From a virus (taxonomy: Duplodnaviria > Heunggongvirae > Uroviricota > Caudoviricetes), in IMG/VR virus record IMGVR_UViG_2881684137_000004, positions 1-64,000 of that record: a stretch of DNA of 64,000 nucleotides; one strand, given 5' to 3'. Below, in pieces: positions 20,528 to 29,985 of the stretch. The notes under the pieces were generated by a model. It searched no databases, was not told where the DNA came from, and was given only the letters and a program-made list of their open reading frames with translations. Made by a program: the position numbers and the translations under genes. The number at the start of each line of letters is the position of its first letter. The first letter of the stretch is position 1.

Positions 20528-20662
20528 CCTCTTGTTTTTTATTTTTGAAGGGTTGTATCTTTGTATCAATGTACTTTCCAATCTTATAATACAAGGGTGC
20601 CATTAGAATCCATAAAACACCCATAAGCATTATAATGACAATGCAGCCAGCCAAAATTTGAA

Positions 20663-20896
20663 TTAGAATTCCTCCTCCCACTTCCCGAAATTAATGTAAA
20701 TTAGTTCTTGTTCATGAGTAATTATGACTTTCTTAAACTCTAAAGAATTAATCACCTCTTTTGCTGATACATAGAGCCTTCCTGAATAGTCACCTGGTTG
20801 ATCCTGTATCACTTTATAAATATCTCCATGTAAGTGCTCAAAGACTATCTCAGCAGCTTCTCTTGCTCCTTTCCATCGCCACATTAAGTGTTCCAC
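20663..20896 (-). CDS. hypothetical protein
   Basis: ORF. Confidence 0.4.
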   Translation of the reverse strand: MEHLMWRWKGAREAAEIVFEHLHGDIYKVIQDQPGDYSGRLYVSAKEVINSLEFKKVIITHEQELIYINFGKWEEEF

Positions 20897-20950
20897 CTCC
20901 TTTAATGAAAGATTTCAACTTTCTATTTTTCAATGGAAATTTAAAATTAT

Positions 20951-21187
20951 TTATTTTTTCTTTTTAGCTGCTCGTTTCAACTTTCGTTCAGCGGCAAATT
21001 TAGTCAAAGTTGACTCTGTATTCTTACTCCCTGGAACCAAGTACAGTCCCTCGAAAGTTAACTCGAGTTTCTTACACTCTGTAATCGCCTCCCGTTCAGC
21101 TGCCGCTCTCACTCCAATTAGGTTGTTAATAACGAAGCTCTTTCCTTCCTTGTTTGTTGCTGTGGCATAGTAAATATAATTAGTCAT
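20951..21187 (-). CDS. hypothetical protein
   Basis: ORF. Confidence 0.4.
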   Translation of the reverse strand: MTNYIYYATATNKEGKSFVINNLIGVRAAAEREAITECKKLELTFEGLYLVPGSKNTESTLTKFAAERKLKRAAKKKK

Positions 21188-21215
21188 TTAAATTATCTCC
21201 TTTTATGTGTTTTAC

Positions 21216-22898
21216 TTATCTGTAATCGTCAATGAAAACTTGTTTAGTTTTTTCAATCTTAAATTTGGGTTTGAATACTTTCCATTCATTTAAATTCAAA
21301 TTACCGATGACATCAATTGTCTTATCAATAGGAAACTCTTCCAAATACTCTGTTTCGACTCTGAATTTTAATACAGTGAGATTAGGCTTTTTACTTTCCA
21401 GGTCACTCTTTTTCATGGCCCAGGTTGCTGATTCAGCAAATCCAGAAGCTTTCAGTGTGTCTAGGTTTTTTCCAATCGTATCTTTTTTAACTATGTATAA
21501 ATCTTTGATGAGAAATTTAGGCTCTGGACATTCATTCCCACTGACTTTTGCAAACTCTGCAACATCATTAATTAGCTTTTCTGTAATGTCTGACACATTA
21601 ACCGCAAAGTCATATTCAACTTCATAATCAAATCTCACATCATTTAATCCTTTATTTAAACTCAACTGAAATGCGTCAAGAGTGTTCCTTTTAATCCCCA
21701 CTCCTCCAGCACCAGGATGTCCACCTGAGAATAAAACCTCTGGCATTGAGCCAACAAAGCTCAGAAAATTGAATCCTGCAAATGACCTGAAGCTACCATG
21801 AAATTCGTCATCATTCTCCGCTGACTTTCCAAGTACAATAACTGGACGCTTAAACTTGTTAGCAATATCAGAAGCAATCAATCCATTCATATTTTTCCCG
21901 AGTGTTTCATCGACAATAATAATACATTTGCTACTTAAATCAATTGCTGGGACTATTCTTTCAATAGCAGCCTTTTGTTTAATCTTACGTTCTTCATTCA
22001 TAGCTTGCAATTCTCTTGCAAGCTTTTCTGCATATTTTTCATCTTTTGTTGTTAATAGCTCAATAGCCATTTCGATTTTATCCATTCTTGAAGCTGCGTT
22101 TAAGAATGGAGTGACACCAAATGAATAATCTGTAGACGTTAGCTTGCTCGTGTCTTTTTTTAATACTTTTAAAATAGCTTTAACACCTGGATTCTTGACA
22201 TTTTCAAGCGATGATTTTACTATGTATCGATTCTCTTCCTTCAACATTGACATTTGATCACTATGTAATCCAATTCCAGCTAAGTCAATTAAATCATCTG
22301 AATAGCTTGTCAAGAAATGATCATCTAACACCTGACAGACTTTCCATGCTAACAGTGAACCTGAAGTATGCTTATTCGGATAATTACAATCTTTATGCTT
22401 GTCATTTAATAAGATACAATAATCATTTTCGACATTCACTTCATGGTGATCAATGATAATAATATCGATGCCACGTTCACTGATTTCCTTGCATGCTTCC
22501 CATTCATTGCTGCTGCTATCCAGGACGATAAGTAAATCCGTATTCTCTGGAACTTCATCTTTCCTGAGATGAACTCCATGACCTTCAGAACGTTGAGCAT
22601 GAAAATATTTAACTTTTTTTGTGAAATTAATTAAATAATTAAAAATTATTGCTGTTGAATTCTCACCATCTGCATCAATATCAGCATGTAATGAAATATT
22701 CTCATTATTGAATATCGCTTTCATTATTCGCTCTTTTACTTTTTCAATATTCCTTAGTAGATATGGGCTATGCAACTCTTTAGTTGTCGGATTCAGATGT
22801 TTCTCTAAATCTTTTATCCCTCTTATCTTCCCAAGTTTTTCTTTTAGTTCATCTCCTTTATTGTATTTAGTAATGGGAATCTTTTCTTTCCAAGCCAT
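21216..22898 (-). CDS. DHH-family single-stranded DNA exonuclease (RecJ-like; cf. SPbeta YorK)
   Basis: DHH motifs (ADIDADG, IIIDHH) and DHHA1 (GGHPGAGG). Confidence 0.85.
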   Translation of the reverse strand: MAWKEKIPITKYNKGDELKEKLGKIRGIKDLEKHLNPTTKELHSPYLLRNIEKVKERIMKAIFNNENISLHADIDADGENSTAIIFNYLINFTKKVKYFHAQRSEGHGVHLRKDEVPENTDLLIVLDSSSNEWEACKEISERGIDIIIIDHHEVNVENDYCILLNDKHKDCNYPNKHTSGSLLAWKVCQVLDDHFLTSYSDDLIDLAGIGLHSDQMSMLKEENRYIVKSSLENVKNPGVKAILKVLKKDTSKLTSTDYSFGVTPFLNAASRMDKIEMAIELLTTKDEKYAEKLARELQAMNEERKIKQKAAIERIVPAIDLSSKCIIIVDETLGKNMNGLIASDIANKFKRPVIVLGKSAENDDEFHGSFRSFAGFNFLSFVGSMPEVLFSGGHPGAGGVGIKRNTLDAFQLSLNKGLNDVRFDYEVEYDFAVNVSDITEKLINDVAEFAKVSGNECPEPKFLIKDLYIVKKDTIGKNLDTLKASGFAESATWAMKKSDLESKKPNLTVLKFRVETEYLEEFPIDKTIDVIGNLNLNEWKVFKPKFKIEKTKQVFIDDYR

Positions 22899-22975
22899 TT
22901 TGTATTACCCCTTTCTTATTGCTGAACCAATATATCAGTGAACAGTATACATTGTCAATATAATATTTATGTATT

Positions 22976-23194
22976 TTATTTATTATCTAATATCAGACCG
23001 GATTTTTCTATATCTTGAACCATACTGCTCAATATGGCAAACTCTTTAGGGTTCAAGAATAGTTCTTTTTCTTCATACAAACACTCCATTACCTTCATCA
23101 AACCAGTATGCATATTCAATAATTGTTTTTCAGTCAATTTAAATGTACCAGTTGTTTTTGTTTCCTCTAACGTTTCGATGGTTAGTGTTTTCAT
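22976..23194 (-). CDS. hypothetical protein
   Basis: ORF. Confidence 0.4.
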   Translation of the reverse strand: MKTLTIETLEETKTTGTFKLTEKQLLNMHTGLMKVMECLYEEKELFLNPKEFAILSSMVQDIEKSGLILDNK

Positions 23195-23208
23195 AGTCCA
23201 CTATCTCC

Positions 23209-23574
23209 TTATTTGGTTAGCTGGATTAATTCGCTTTTCAGAGAGTTGATTTTTTGCTGGTACTCAATATCATTAAATAATTTGTATAAGCTTTTATAAT
23301 CTTCGATTTCCTGTAGAAGCAAATCCACTGCAAGTTTTTGTTCATTTGATAGATTTTTATCTTGAATTGGTATGCATGCCGCGTGTGCTGCCTCTATGAT
23401 TTGATTGGAATTGTTTTTTGCATGCACAAGATAAGTTACTTCCCTTTTCCCTACTCCTCGATTGTATTGATATTTAATAAAAACTGTATTGATAATGTAA
23501 ACATCATCACCATAACCATACAATTTAACTTTATCATCCAAACTAAGAGGTTTGATAGTCATGAAATCACTCAC
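23209..23574 (-). CDS. hypothetical protein
   Basis: ORF. Confidence 0.5.
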   Translation of the reverse strand: MSDFMTIKPLSLDDKVKLYGYGDDVYIINTVFIKYQYNRGVGKREVTYLVHAKNNSNQIIEAAHAACIPIQDKNLSNEQKLAVDLLLQEIEDYKSLYKLFNDIEYQQKINSLKSELIQLTK

Positions 23575-23842
23575 TTTTAGGAATTTTTTTTATTACCTTT
23601 TTATAATATTCATTTTTTAATTGATTAATAATATTCTCAAGCTTCTCGGCCTCAAGATCATCTTTATAATATTTTTCTAGATAATTCTGTAGCGCCATTT
23701 TATTCTCTTCCGTGTGATTTTCAATAGTTTCAAAAGCTTTATCAGCATCTGACAACATTAATAAGCTAGCGAAAATTAGAAATTCTCTGTCAATTTGTTT
23801 GATTTTTGTTTTTATTCTGACCATATATATCACCGCCCCCAT
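23567..23842 (-). CDS. hypothetical protein
   Basis: ORF. Confidence 0.45.
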   Translation of the reverse strand: MGAVIYMVRIKTKIKQIDREFLIFASLLMLSDADKAFETIENHTEENKMALQNYLEKYYKDDLEAEKLENIINQLKNEYYKKVIKKIPKSE

Positions 23843-23896
23843 TTAATAATATATATGAAGGAGAACGAACGTTTCACGCTCTCCTTCGAAAATTTA

Positions 23897-24622
23897 CTAT
23901 GAATTATTTACAACATGCTTTTGAACATTATAAATATCGGATCGTCCAGCACTATGAGCATACACTTGACTTTTACGTGTTTTATGTCCCAGTGTTGTGC
24001 CTTCTTTAAATACAGGATCTTTATGAACTTTTTTAGTCTTCACAGTTTCAATTGAACCAGGATTCTTCCAGATATTCATGATCCAGTGCGGTTTAAAAGG
24101 ATCTTTTAATACTTCTGTCCACCTCTCTCCATAACATAATTGCAACAGTTGTGTTTGTGTGGGATTGTTTATTCCCTTCATTTCAAAATAGCTTTTTAAC
24201 AATTCATGAAAATTTTTAAGTGCTCCACCTTCTGGACGCATAAACATCACTGATGAAACTGATGCCCGAATCTCTGTTGTATAGTATTTTTCGTCAATGA
24301 AGTTATTTATTATTGCAGCTCCAGACTCAAAATCTATATTCCCATCAATTAAACCAAAACGTATTATACAAGTTGAGCCCACATGCATAAATTTTTCAGT
24401 GTTAGGATTAAATATTATAAAATTGTACTTCAATGAACAGTTATGACATAAACAGCATTTATTTTTAAATCGGTCTGAAGTTTTATCAACTATATCTTCC
24501 AGTTGCCACTCCCTCTTAGCTTCATCAAAAGTAGAACTTTTGCAATTAATAACTAAGCGATTTACAACTGAAGAGTTAGGCGACTTCAACTCAATCTTAT
24601 CGTTCACATTAACTCTAACCAC
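23897..24622 (-). CDS. hypothetical protein
   Basis: 241-aa ORF, first gene after an intergenic promoter region. Confidence 0.55.
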   Translation of the reverse strand: MVRVNVNDKIELKSPNSSVVNRLVINCKSSTFDEAKREWQLEDIVDKTSDRFKNKCCLCHNCSLKYNFIIFNPNTEKFMHVGSTCIIRFGLIDGNIDFESGAAIINNFIDEKYYTTEIRASVSSVMFMRPEGGALKNFHELLKSYFEMKGINNPTQTQLLQLCYGERWTEVLKDPFKPHWIMNIWKNPGSIETVKTKKVHKDPVFKEGTTLGHKTRKSQVYAHSAGRSDIYNVQKHVVNNS

Positions 24623-24737
24623 TTTAAACTGATTCCTTTTAATATTGCATCACACTCCATAATAAGAATATGCGTTCGTTTGGAACACAATTCCATATTA
24701 TCATATAATACAACATATAGCAACAGGTAGAATATAT

Positions 24738-24768
24738 AATCAATATATAGTGTAATGTTAATTGTCAA
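24738..24768 (-). promoter_or_regulatory. candidate sigma-A promoter (TTGACA ... TATATT) for the downstream minus-strand operon
   Basis: Minus-strand TTGACA then a 15-nt spacer then TATATT, in a 266-bp AT-rich intergenic region. Confidence 0.3.
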
Positions 24769-24888
24769 TAAGAATTTTTTCTTATTTTATAATATAATGA
24801 GTTTATTCGTACTTATTTCCGTTTTATCATCTCAAATCCGACTTTTTCACATTTGAAAATCGCATCGATAAACGAATCATCTTCTCAA

Positions 24889-25344
24889 TCATTTTCCTTC
24901 CAATTTGTAAAGGGTAACTTCATAATCTTCGAATACCTCAGCTATTATACCCTTTACTACATTCCAATCAGCTCCACCTCGATCAGAACCAATTTTATAA
25001 GGAAGTGCTACTGAATAATTATGTCTTTTAGCAAAAAATTTGAGATCCGTTAACGTTGCTTTTAAAGCAGACAGATCGGTGAATTGCTTTCCATAACCAT
25101 AACCATCTTGAGCAAAGAGATTTGCAACAATTTTGGAGTAATTGTCCACTGCTGTGAACTGACATTTTCCCAGTATTTTTGGAGAGTGCATCTCTATAAA
25201 AGCTTTATATGTAACAAGCAAATCACTATACTTGTCACTAAGCTGTTTAGCAACACCGGAACCCATTACACCCTTACAGTTTACTTGATGGCCAATAATA
25301 TCTTCAGTTGCCTGTAATAAATCACCTTCTATAAGTTTTATCAA
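24889..25344 (-). CDS. macro domain protein (ADP-ribose binding / ADP-ribosyl hydrolase family)
   Basis: IEGDLL...HQVNCKGVMGSGVA matches the macrodomain G-D-I...N...GGGV motif pattern (cf. YmdB/MacroD). Confidence 0.75.
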   Translation of the reverse strand: MIKLIEGDLLQATEDIIGHQVNCKGVMGSGVAKQLSDKYSDLLVTYKAFIEMHSPKILGKCQFTAVDNYSKIVANLFAQDGYGYGKQFTDLSALKATLTDLKFFAKRHNYSVALPYKIGSDRGGADWNVVKGIIAEVFEDYEVTLYKLEGK

Positions 25345-25363
25345 TTACCTTCCTCCTTTGTTT

Positions 25364-26044
25364 TTACCAGCCAAAATTCTCTGGGACATATACTTGAATT
25401 TGTGTCCTTAGAATCTTTCTCAGGTCACTTTGAGGTTGCATGTGATCAGTCTCCGTGACTCGGATCAAGTATCTCCACTCATGCTCAGTTGCCCTTACTC
25501 CACGATGAATATTCCACCAGTCCCATTCTACTGCTGTACATGATGGTACGGGCGTTACCGATAGATCTTCTTTATCATTAATCTGTTCATTAACCATCTT
25601 ATATAAATCTGTTGTGGGTTCATTAGGGACATTTAGTATTGTAGGCTGTGTCACGAATTCAGTTAAGCAACCTTGCCCCGTCACCAGCAAATGAAATCGC
25701 GAGTACGTCATATTCTCTTGTGAATGAATGTCAGGATTACCTTTGGAATCAGGACGAAGATCATTACCTCTTGGTACACCATCAGTATGCCACGAAGGAA
25801 TTGCTGGATAAAAGCCTGGAACTAGCATATGTATTTTGGTATCAACAATAATATGCTTTCTATCAAACTTTAAATTCATTGCTCCAATTGCGGACTTAGT
25901 TAGTTCGCCACCGTATTTTAATGCGTCCTCTAGGCTTGCATTCCATAGCTGAGGAGTGTTTTTGATTACATCTTCAGATGGCTGAACAATTTTATTTCCG
26001 AATCGTAGGGGGTTTCTATTGAATAACACTCTCATTTTATTCAC
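25364..26044 (-). CDS. hypothetical protein
   Basis: 226-aa ORF with no confident domain. Has an HTD...H pattern but spacing is atypical for 2OG oxygenases. Confidence 0.5.
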   Translation of the reverse strand: MNKMRVLFNRNPLRFGNKIVQPSEDVIKNTPQLWNASLEDALKYGGELTKSAIGAMNLKFDRKHIIVDTKIHMLVPGFYPAIPSWHTDGVPRGNDLRPDSKGNPDIHSQENMTYSRFHLLVTGQGCLTEFVTQPTILNVPNEPTTDLYKMVNEQINDKEDLSVTPVPSCTAVEWDWWNIHRGVRATEHEWRYLIRVTETDHMQPQSDLRKILRTQIQVYVPENFGW

Positions 26045-26060
26045 CTCTGGTCTATGTTTT

Positions 26061-26477
26061 TCACTTGATTAAATGATCATCTATGTATGCCAACATTTTC
26101 AACAGTTGTTTTTGCTTGTGAAACGGAAGTTTGTTTATTTTTTCTGCGGTCACTTCCATTCTAAACCCGCTATTTGGCTCATTAATCTCCTGGAGAATAT
26201 TTTCGATCATATTATCAAGCTTGTCATTATCATAATTAGCAATTAACTCTTTGTAGTTTGAGCTAATAATTAAGAATGACTGTATAGGAGCAAAAAGCAG
26301 CAATACTAAATAACCAAAGATTTTTATATTTGCATCAACTTTATTAATACTATAAACCGAAAGGAATAAACCCCCAATAATCACCAGCACCACAATACCA
26401 ATTAATTCTAGTGAAGATTTTTTTATATACTTTGCAAATAGATTCCTGTTTTTTAAATTTCTAATTGCGTTATTCAT
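26061..26477 (-). CDS. hypothetical membrane protein
   Basis: Two predicted TM helices. Start at MNNAIRN with RBS AAGGAG. Confidence 0.45.
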   Translation of the reverse strand: MNNAIRNLKNRNLFAKYIKKSSLELIGIVVLVIIGGLFLSVYSINKVDANIKIFGYLVLLLFAPIQSFLIISSNYKELIANYDNDKLDNMIENILQEINEPNSGFRMEVTAEKINKLPFHKQKQLLKMLAYIDDHLIK

Positions 26478-26886
26478 GTTGTGCTCCTTGTGGAAATGTA
26501 ATTTCAATCCCATTGTCTTTAATATTAGACAGATCCTCATTTTTTACATCTTCTTTTACAAGACCCCATCCAAATAATGTCCTACCATAATAAAGATCGT
26601 TCAACTCTAATTCCTTATCAAACATATCTCCTCTCATTCGGACAATTCGCTCTTTAAAAAATTCATTTCCAATGATATTATACTCATCATCATACAAATT
26701 AAAAGATTCCTCATCTCTCTCACTATCCTTGTAAGTTGTGAAAATATACATCTCGTCTGGCAATTTTGGATCTGATTTTAACCATTCATACACTTCTTCA
26801 TCTGTGTTTGCAACTAAGTAAGTCAAGATACCTTTTTGGCTGTCTCTTGGTGAATAATGAATAAACATTATTTTATATAGATTCAT
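26470..26886 (-). CDS. hypothetical protein
   Basis: Start at MNLYKIM with RBS AAAGGATGAG. Confidence 0.45.
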   Translation of the reverse strand: MNLYKIMFIHYSPRDSQKGILTYLVANTDEEVYEWLKSDPKLPDEMYIFTTYKDSERDEESFNLYDDEYNIIGNEFFKERIVRMRGDMFDKELELNDLYYGRTLFGWGLVKEDVKNEDLSNIKDNGIEITFPQGAQHE

Positions 26887-26923
26887 TGTTCTCATCCTTT
26901 CAGAATAAAATCGCCGTTTCATG

Positions 26924-27457
26924 CTAGCTAGTTTGTTCAAATTCTCTTTGTTCAATCCAAGTTGCTTGAATTCTCAGAAAGTCATATTCTTTTATTTCTT
27001 CTGCCCATTCAACTTCTGCCCAATCATTAATTTTATCCCAGGCTCTACTTGTGTCATCCTTTAGTTTGAAATAATATTCTTCGTTTATTTGTGGGTAATA
27101 TGTCGATACTTGTCCGAAAATTCCTAATGATATTGACAGTTCTGAACTTCTTACAACTTCTAATTTTAATTTGTTTGCAAGTTCTCTCCATTGGATGTTA
27201 ATTTTAGAATTTTTTTTAGCTGTAGCTGGATATGTGTTTTTCTTAAATTGGTTCTCCCATTCTCTAGGGAGAACACTCCGATCAATAGTCAAGGTCTCAA
27301 TGTCAAGATACAGGTTTTTCTGCATAGGGAAACCAAGGAAGCTTTCTATTTCTATTTTATTTGCAATCCATTTATCTCCAAAAGTCCATAAGTGATTAAT
27401 TTTATCCCATGCTTCAGTGTTCCTTTTCACTTTGAAATATCTACTCAACCCTATCAT
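26924..27457 (-). CDS. hypothetical protein with internal tandem repeat (YFKVKRNTEAWDKINHLW / YFKLKDDTSRAWDKINDW)
   Basis: ORF. Confidence 0.5.
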   Translation of the reverse strand: MIGLSRYFKVKRNTEAWDKINHLWTFGDKWIANKIEIESFLGFPMQKNLYLDIETLTIDRSVLPREWENQFKKNTYPATAKKNSKINIQWRELANKLKLEVVRSSELSISLGIFGQVSTYYPQINEEYYFKLKDDTSRAWDKINDWAEVEWAEEIKEYDFLRIQATWIEQREFEQTS

Positions 27458-27653
27458 CCCCCTTAATAATTACAATTTGTTTTTTCAATAGTAACTCAAT
27501 AAAACTGTTTAAATCATATTTAGTTTTATGAGATGTGATTCCATCTCTCCATTCAACAGAAAGGGTATTTGAGTCAACTATTCTGGCATTAAACATTTTA
27601 TTTTTATGCGCACTCCAGAAAAAATTAAAGTTTTCAGGTATCAATATTTTCAC
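27441..27653 (-). CDS. hypothetical protein
   Basis: ORF. Confidence 0.4.
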   Translation of the reverse strand: MKILIPENFNFFWSAHKNKMFNARIVDSNTLSVEWRDGITSHKTKYDLNSFIELLLKKQIVIIKGDDRVE

Positions 27654-27658
27654 CTCTT

Positions 27659-29479
27659 CTATGCAGCAGCAATACTTTCAACAATATATTTGTACAAGTT
27701 TTTCGGTTTTTCATGCTTGAACCTAATTAAGTCCAATGCGTCTACAACTCTTTTTAGGTTCATCAGTATAAACTTGTAATCTTCGATATCGAGTTCTGTA
27801 CTTAATTCATTCCTTAGTTTACATTTTTCGATGATAATTCGATCTAAATATGCCTTATTATTCATTGCATCATAATACACAACACTATCTTCTACCTCTT
27901 CTGTGATTATTCCCAAAGCATCCACTTCTGTCTGTCTGATTACCATTACATCACCGATTGAAAATACATTGTGTTCAAACCCTACGATTCTGCTAATCAT
28001 TTCAAGAATCATCATAGCTCGCTCTTCCTGTGTGGATAAGCTAGTATTTGAAACACATCCTTTGAGCTTCACTTTTTCATTTAAGTTTGAAATATGTATT
28101 ATATTCTTATCTTTAGAAAGTAATTTTAGAATTCGGTCTTCTACTTTATTGTCAGAAACAACTATTTTCATTTTGTAATGTATGGCTATTTTTATTTTCT
28201 TTTCTTGTTCCAGTACTTCGTTGAAGTTGAACCAGAAGATTGTCTCATCATCGAAAAGTTCTGATCCCTGTTTAATATAAATATCATCTGAATCTAGTTC
28301 AAACCTTTCTATGTAACCAAGAGTACCACTACTTCCACTATAATGTCGCACACCACGAGCTTCTGGTGCTTTGTTTTCAATATCTGCTTGCATTTCCACA
28401 TTATCAAAATGTCCTACCGATTGTCGTACTGCTTCTTGTTTTAAAAATACATTATATTGATTTAAAGTTGTGATGTCTGGATTATCTAATTTGTCTAATG
28501 CGATTCCTAATAAGTATTTTTTTTGCTCCTTTTGTTCTGTATCAAGAACATTGAAAGCTATCTTATCTTTTACAGAATTTTCATCGATATGATTATTGAT
28601 TGCATCAATGTATGTTTCGATGTCAGATGCTTGTCCATTTAAAAAACTATCTTCTGTCAATTCACTTGCGTATTTTTTAATCAAACTTATAAATGAGTAA
28701 TATTTATCATCTCGAATAATATCTTTTCTATCTGGAGCTGTTAAATTTAGTGCTCTATCTGTTATGTGCAAATCACCTTTCAAATAGTAGAAGCTGTCTA
28801 ACTTTGTAATAAATCTTCCTTTATAAAATAACTTAAGTTCTTGACTGAAATTAGTCAAAGCTATCCAGCCTTTGAACAACTCGTTATCTTCAATGACTTT
28901 TAAAAAAGTACTATTGTCTCCTTCAGTTAAATCCTTTTTTATTTGCAGCTCCCCATTATAATAGATATCTAGTTCATGAATGTATCTACCCAACAATTCG
29001 ACTCTTTCTCTTATGGAGTATGAAGGGAATTGAGAAAAATCAAAATGATTAAGTATGAGTTTAAAACCTTTACGCTCTTCATTTTTTTCATTTACTATGA
29101 TTTCAGTATTATTTGTTCTAATCATATTCTCAACATCGAATACAATATGTTTTTTGCCGCTGTATACTTCTATGTAGTTGCTAACTGTAATGTTACTAAA
29201 GAAACCCATTCCAAAAGGAGACTCTTGTTTTTGTACATCCTCATCCCACTCTGACTCCGCAATTGAAAACAATGCTTGCGGATTGTTTAATATTGCTCCG
29301 TCATTTTCAATTATTACTCTATTATTTAATGTGTCTGTTGTCACGTACACCTTAGAAGCTTTGGCTCTCTGAGCGTTTTGAACAGTCTCGTCTAAAAATG
29401 ATAGTTTATCCTTAAATGTGCTTTGTCTTAGAAGTTTTAACTGGTTAATAACATTTACTTTCACTTCAACATTGCTCAT
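27659..29479 (-). CDS. GHKL-superfamily ATPase (Hsp90/MORC/MutL-like Bergerat fold), 606 aa
   Basis: N box ETVQNAQRA, G1 box IENDGAI, G2 box SPFGMGFFS in the N-terminal ~110 aa. Long C-terminal region of unknown fold. Confidence 0.65.
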   Translation of the reverse strand: MSNVEVKVNVINQLKLLRQSTFKDKLSFLDETVQNAQRAKASKVYVTTDTLNNRVIIENDGAILNNPQALFSIAESEWDEDVQKQESPFGMGFFSNITVSNYIEVYSGKKHIVFDVENMIRTNNTEIIVNEKNEERKGFKLILNHFDFSQFPSYSIRERVELLGRYIHELDIYYNGELQIKKDLTEGDNSTFLKVIEDNELFKGWIALTNFSQELKLFYKGRFITKLDSFYYLKGDLHITDRALNLTAPDRKDIIRDDKYYSFISLIKKYASELTEDSFLNGQASDIETYIDAINNHIDENSVKDKIAFNVLDTEQKEQKKYLLGIALDKLDNPDITTLNQYNVFLKQEAVRQSVGHFDNVEMQADIENKAPEARGVRHYSGSSGTLGYIERFELDSDDIYIKQGSELFDDETIFWFNFNEVLEQEKKIKIAIHYKMKIVVSDNKVEDRILKLLSKDKNIIHISNLNEKVKLKGCVSNTSLSTQEERAMMILEMISRIVGFEHNVFSIGDVMVIRQTEVDALGIITEEVEDSVVYYDAMNNKAYLDRIIIEKCKLRNELSTELDIEDYKFILMNLKRVVDALDLIRFKHEKPKNLYKYIVESIAAA

Positions 29480-29494
29480 CTATGTATTCTCCTT

Positions 29495-29800
29495 TTAAAC
29501 CATTACTTTATAATGTTTATTATAATGCATTCTTTTTAGTCTTTCGGTGATTGGAACTTCATTATTCTTTTTGTCCACATTTATATCAATTACTTCATTG
29601 CATTTTAATGTGAAGTTTACATTGTGATACCGAATAATTCTAAATCCTCCTGCAAACCTCATAATCGTCTTTCCGAGTTCTACGCCTCTAGTAATCTTAT
29701 ATACAACCTCTTCTAGCGAATCACATTTTGCCGCACTGAACTTGCAAACTTTTATGTATTTTTCTATTGATTTGTTTGTTACATTTAATTTCAACTTCAT
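29495..29800 (-). CDS. hypothetical protein
   Basis: ORF. Confidence 0.5.
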   Translation of the reverse strand: MKLKLNVTNKSIEKYIKVCKFSAAKCDSLEEVVYKITRGVELGKTIMRFAGGFRIIRYHNVNFTLKCNEVIDINVDKKNNEVPITERLKRMHYNKHYKVMV

Positions 29801-29845
29801 TTCTCCTTCCTGTTATTTTTTTGATATGGATAACTATACCATCAC

Positions 29846-29902
29846 AATCCTAATAGTGCAACATAATATTTTTATATTTTATATTATTGCACTACTAGGA
29901 TT
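29846..29902. repeat. 16-bp inverted repeat (AATCCTAATAGTGCAA / TTGCACTACTAGGATT) with 25-nt AT-only spacer
   Basis: 15/16 complementary arms in the intergenic region between the primase gene and the downstream gene. Confidence 0.6.
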
Positions 29903-29985
29903 TATTTAAATGCTATAAAAGAGGAATTTTATACTAAAAAGAGCACTAAAAAAGACAATGAAATCAAGAGTTTTGAAACAGGAAA

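Noticed and set aside
24660-24690. CGTTCGTTTGGAAC as a possible LexA box
   Set aside because: The half-sites are in GTTC...GAAC orientation with wrong spacing, not the CGAAC-N4-GTTCG palindrome.
25364-26044. 2OG-Fe(II) oxygenase assignment for the 226-aa protein (HTD...H)
   Set aside because: Spacing between HxD and the second His is only about 30 residues, and no 2OG-binding Arg follows. Left as hypothetical.
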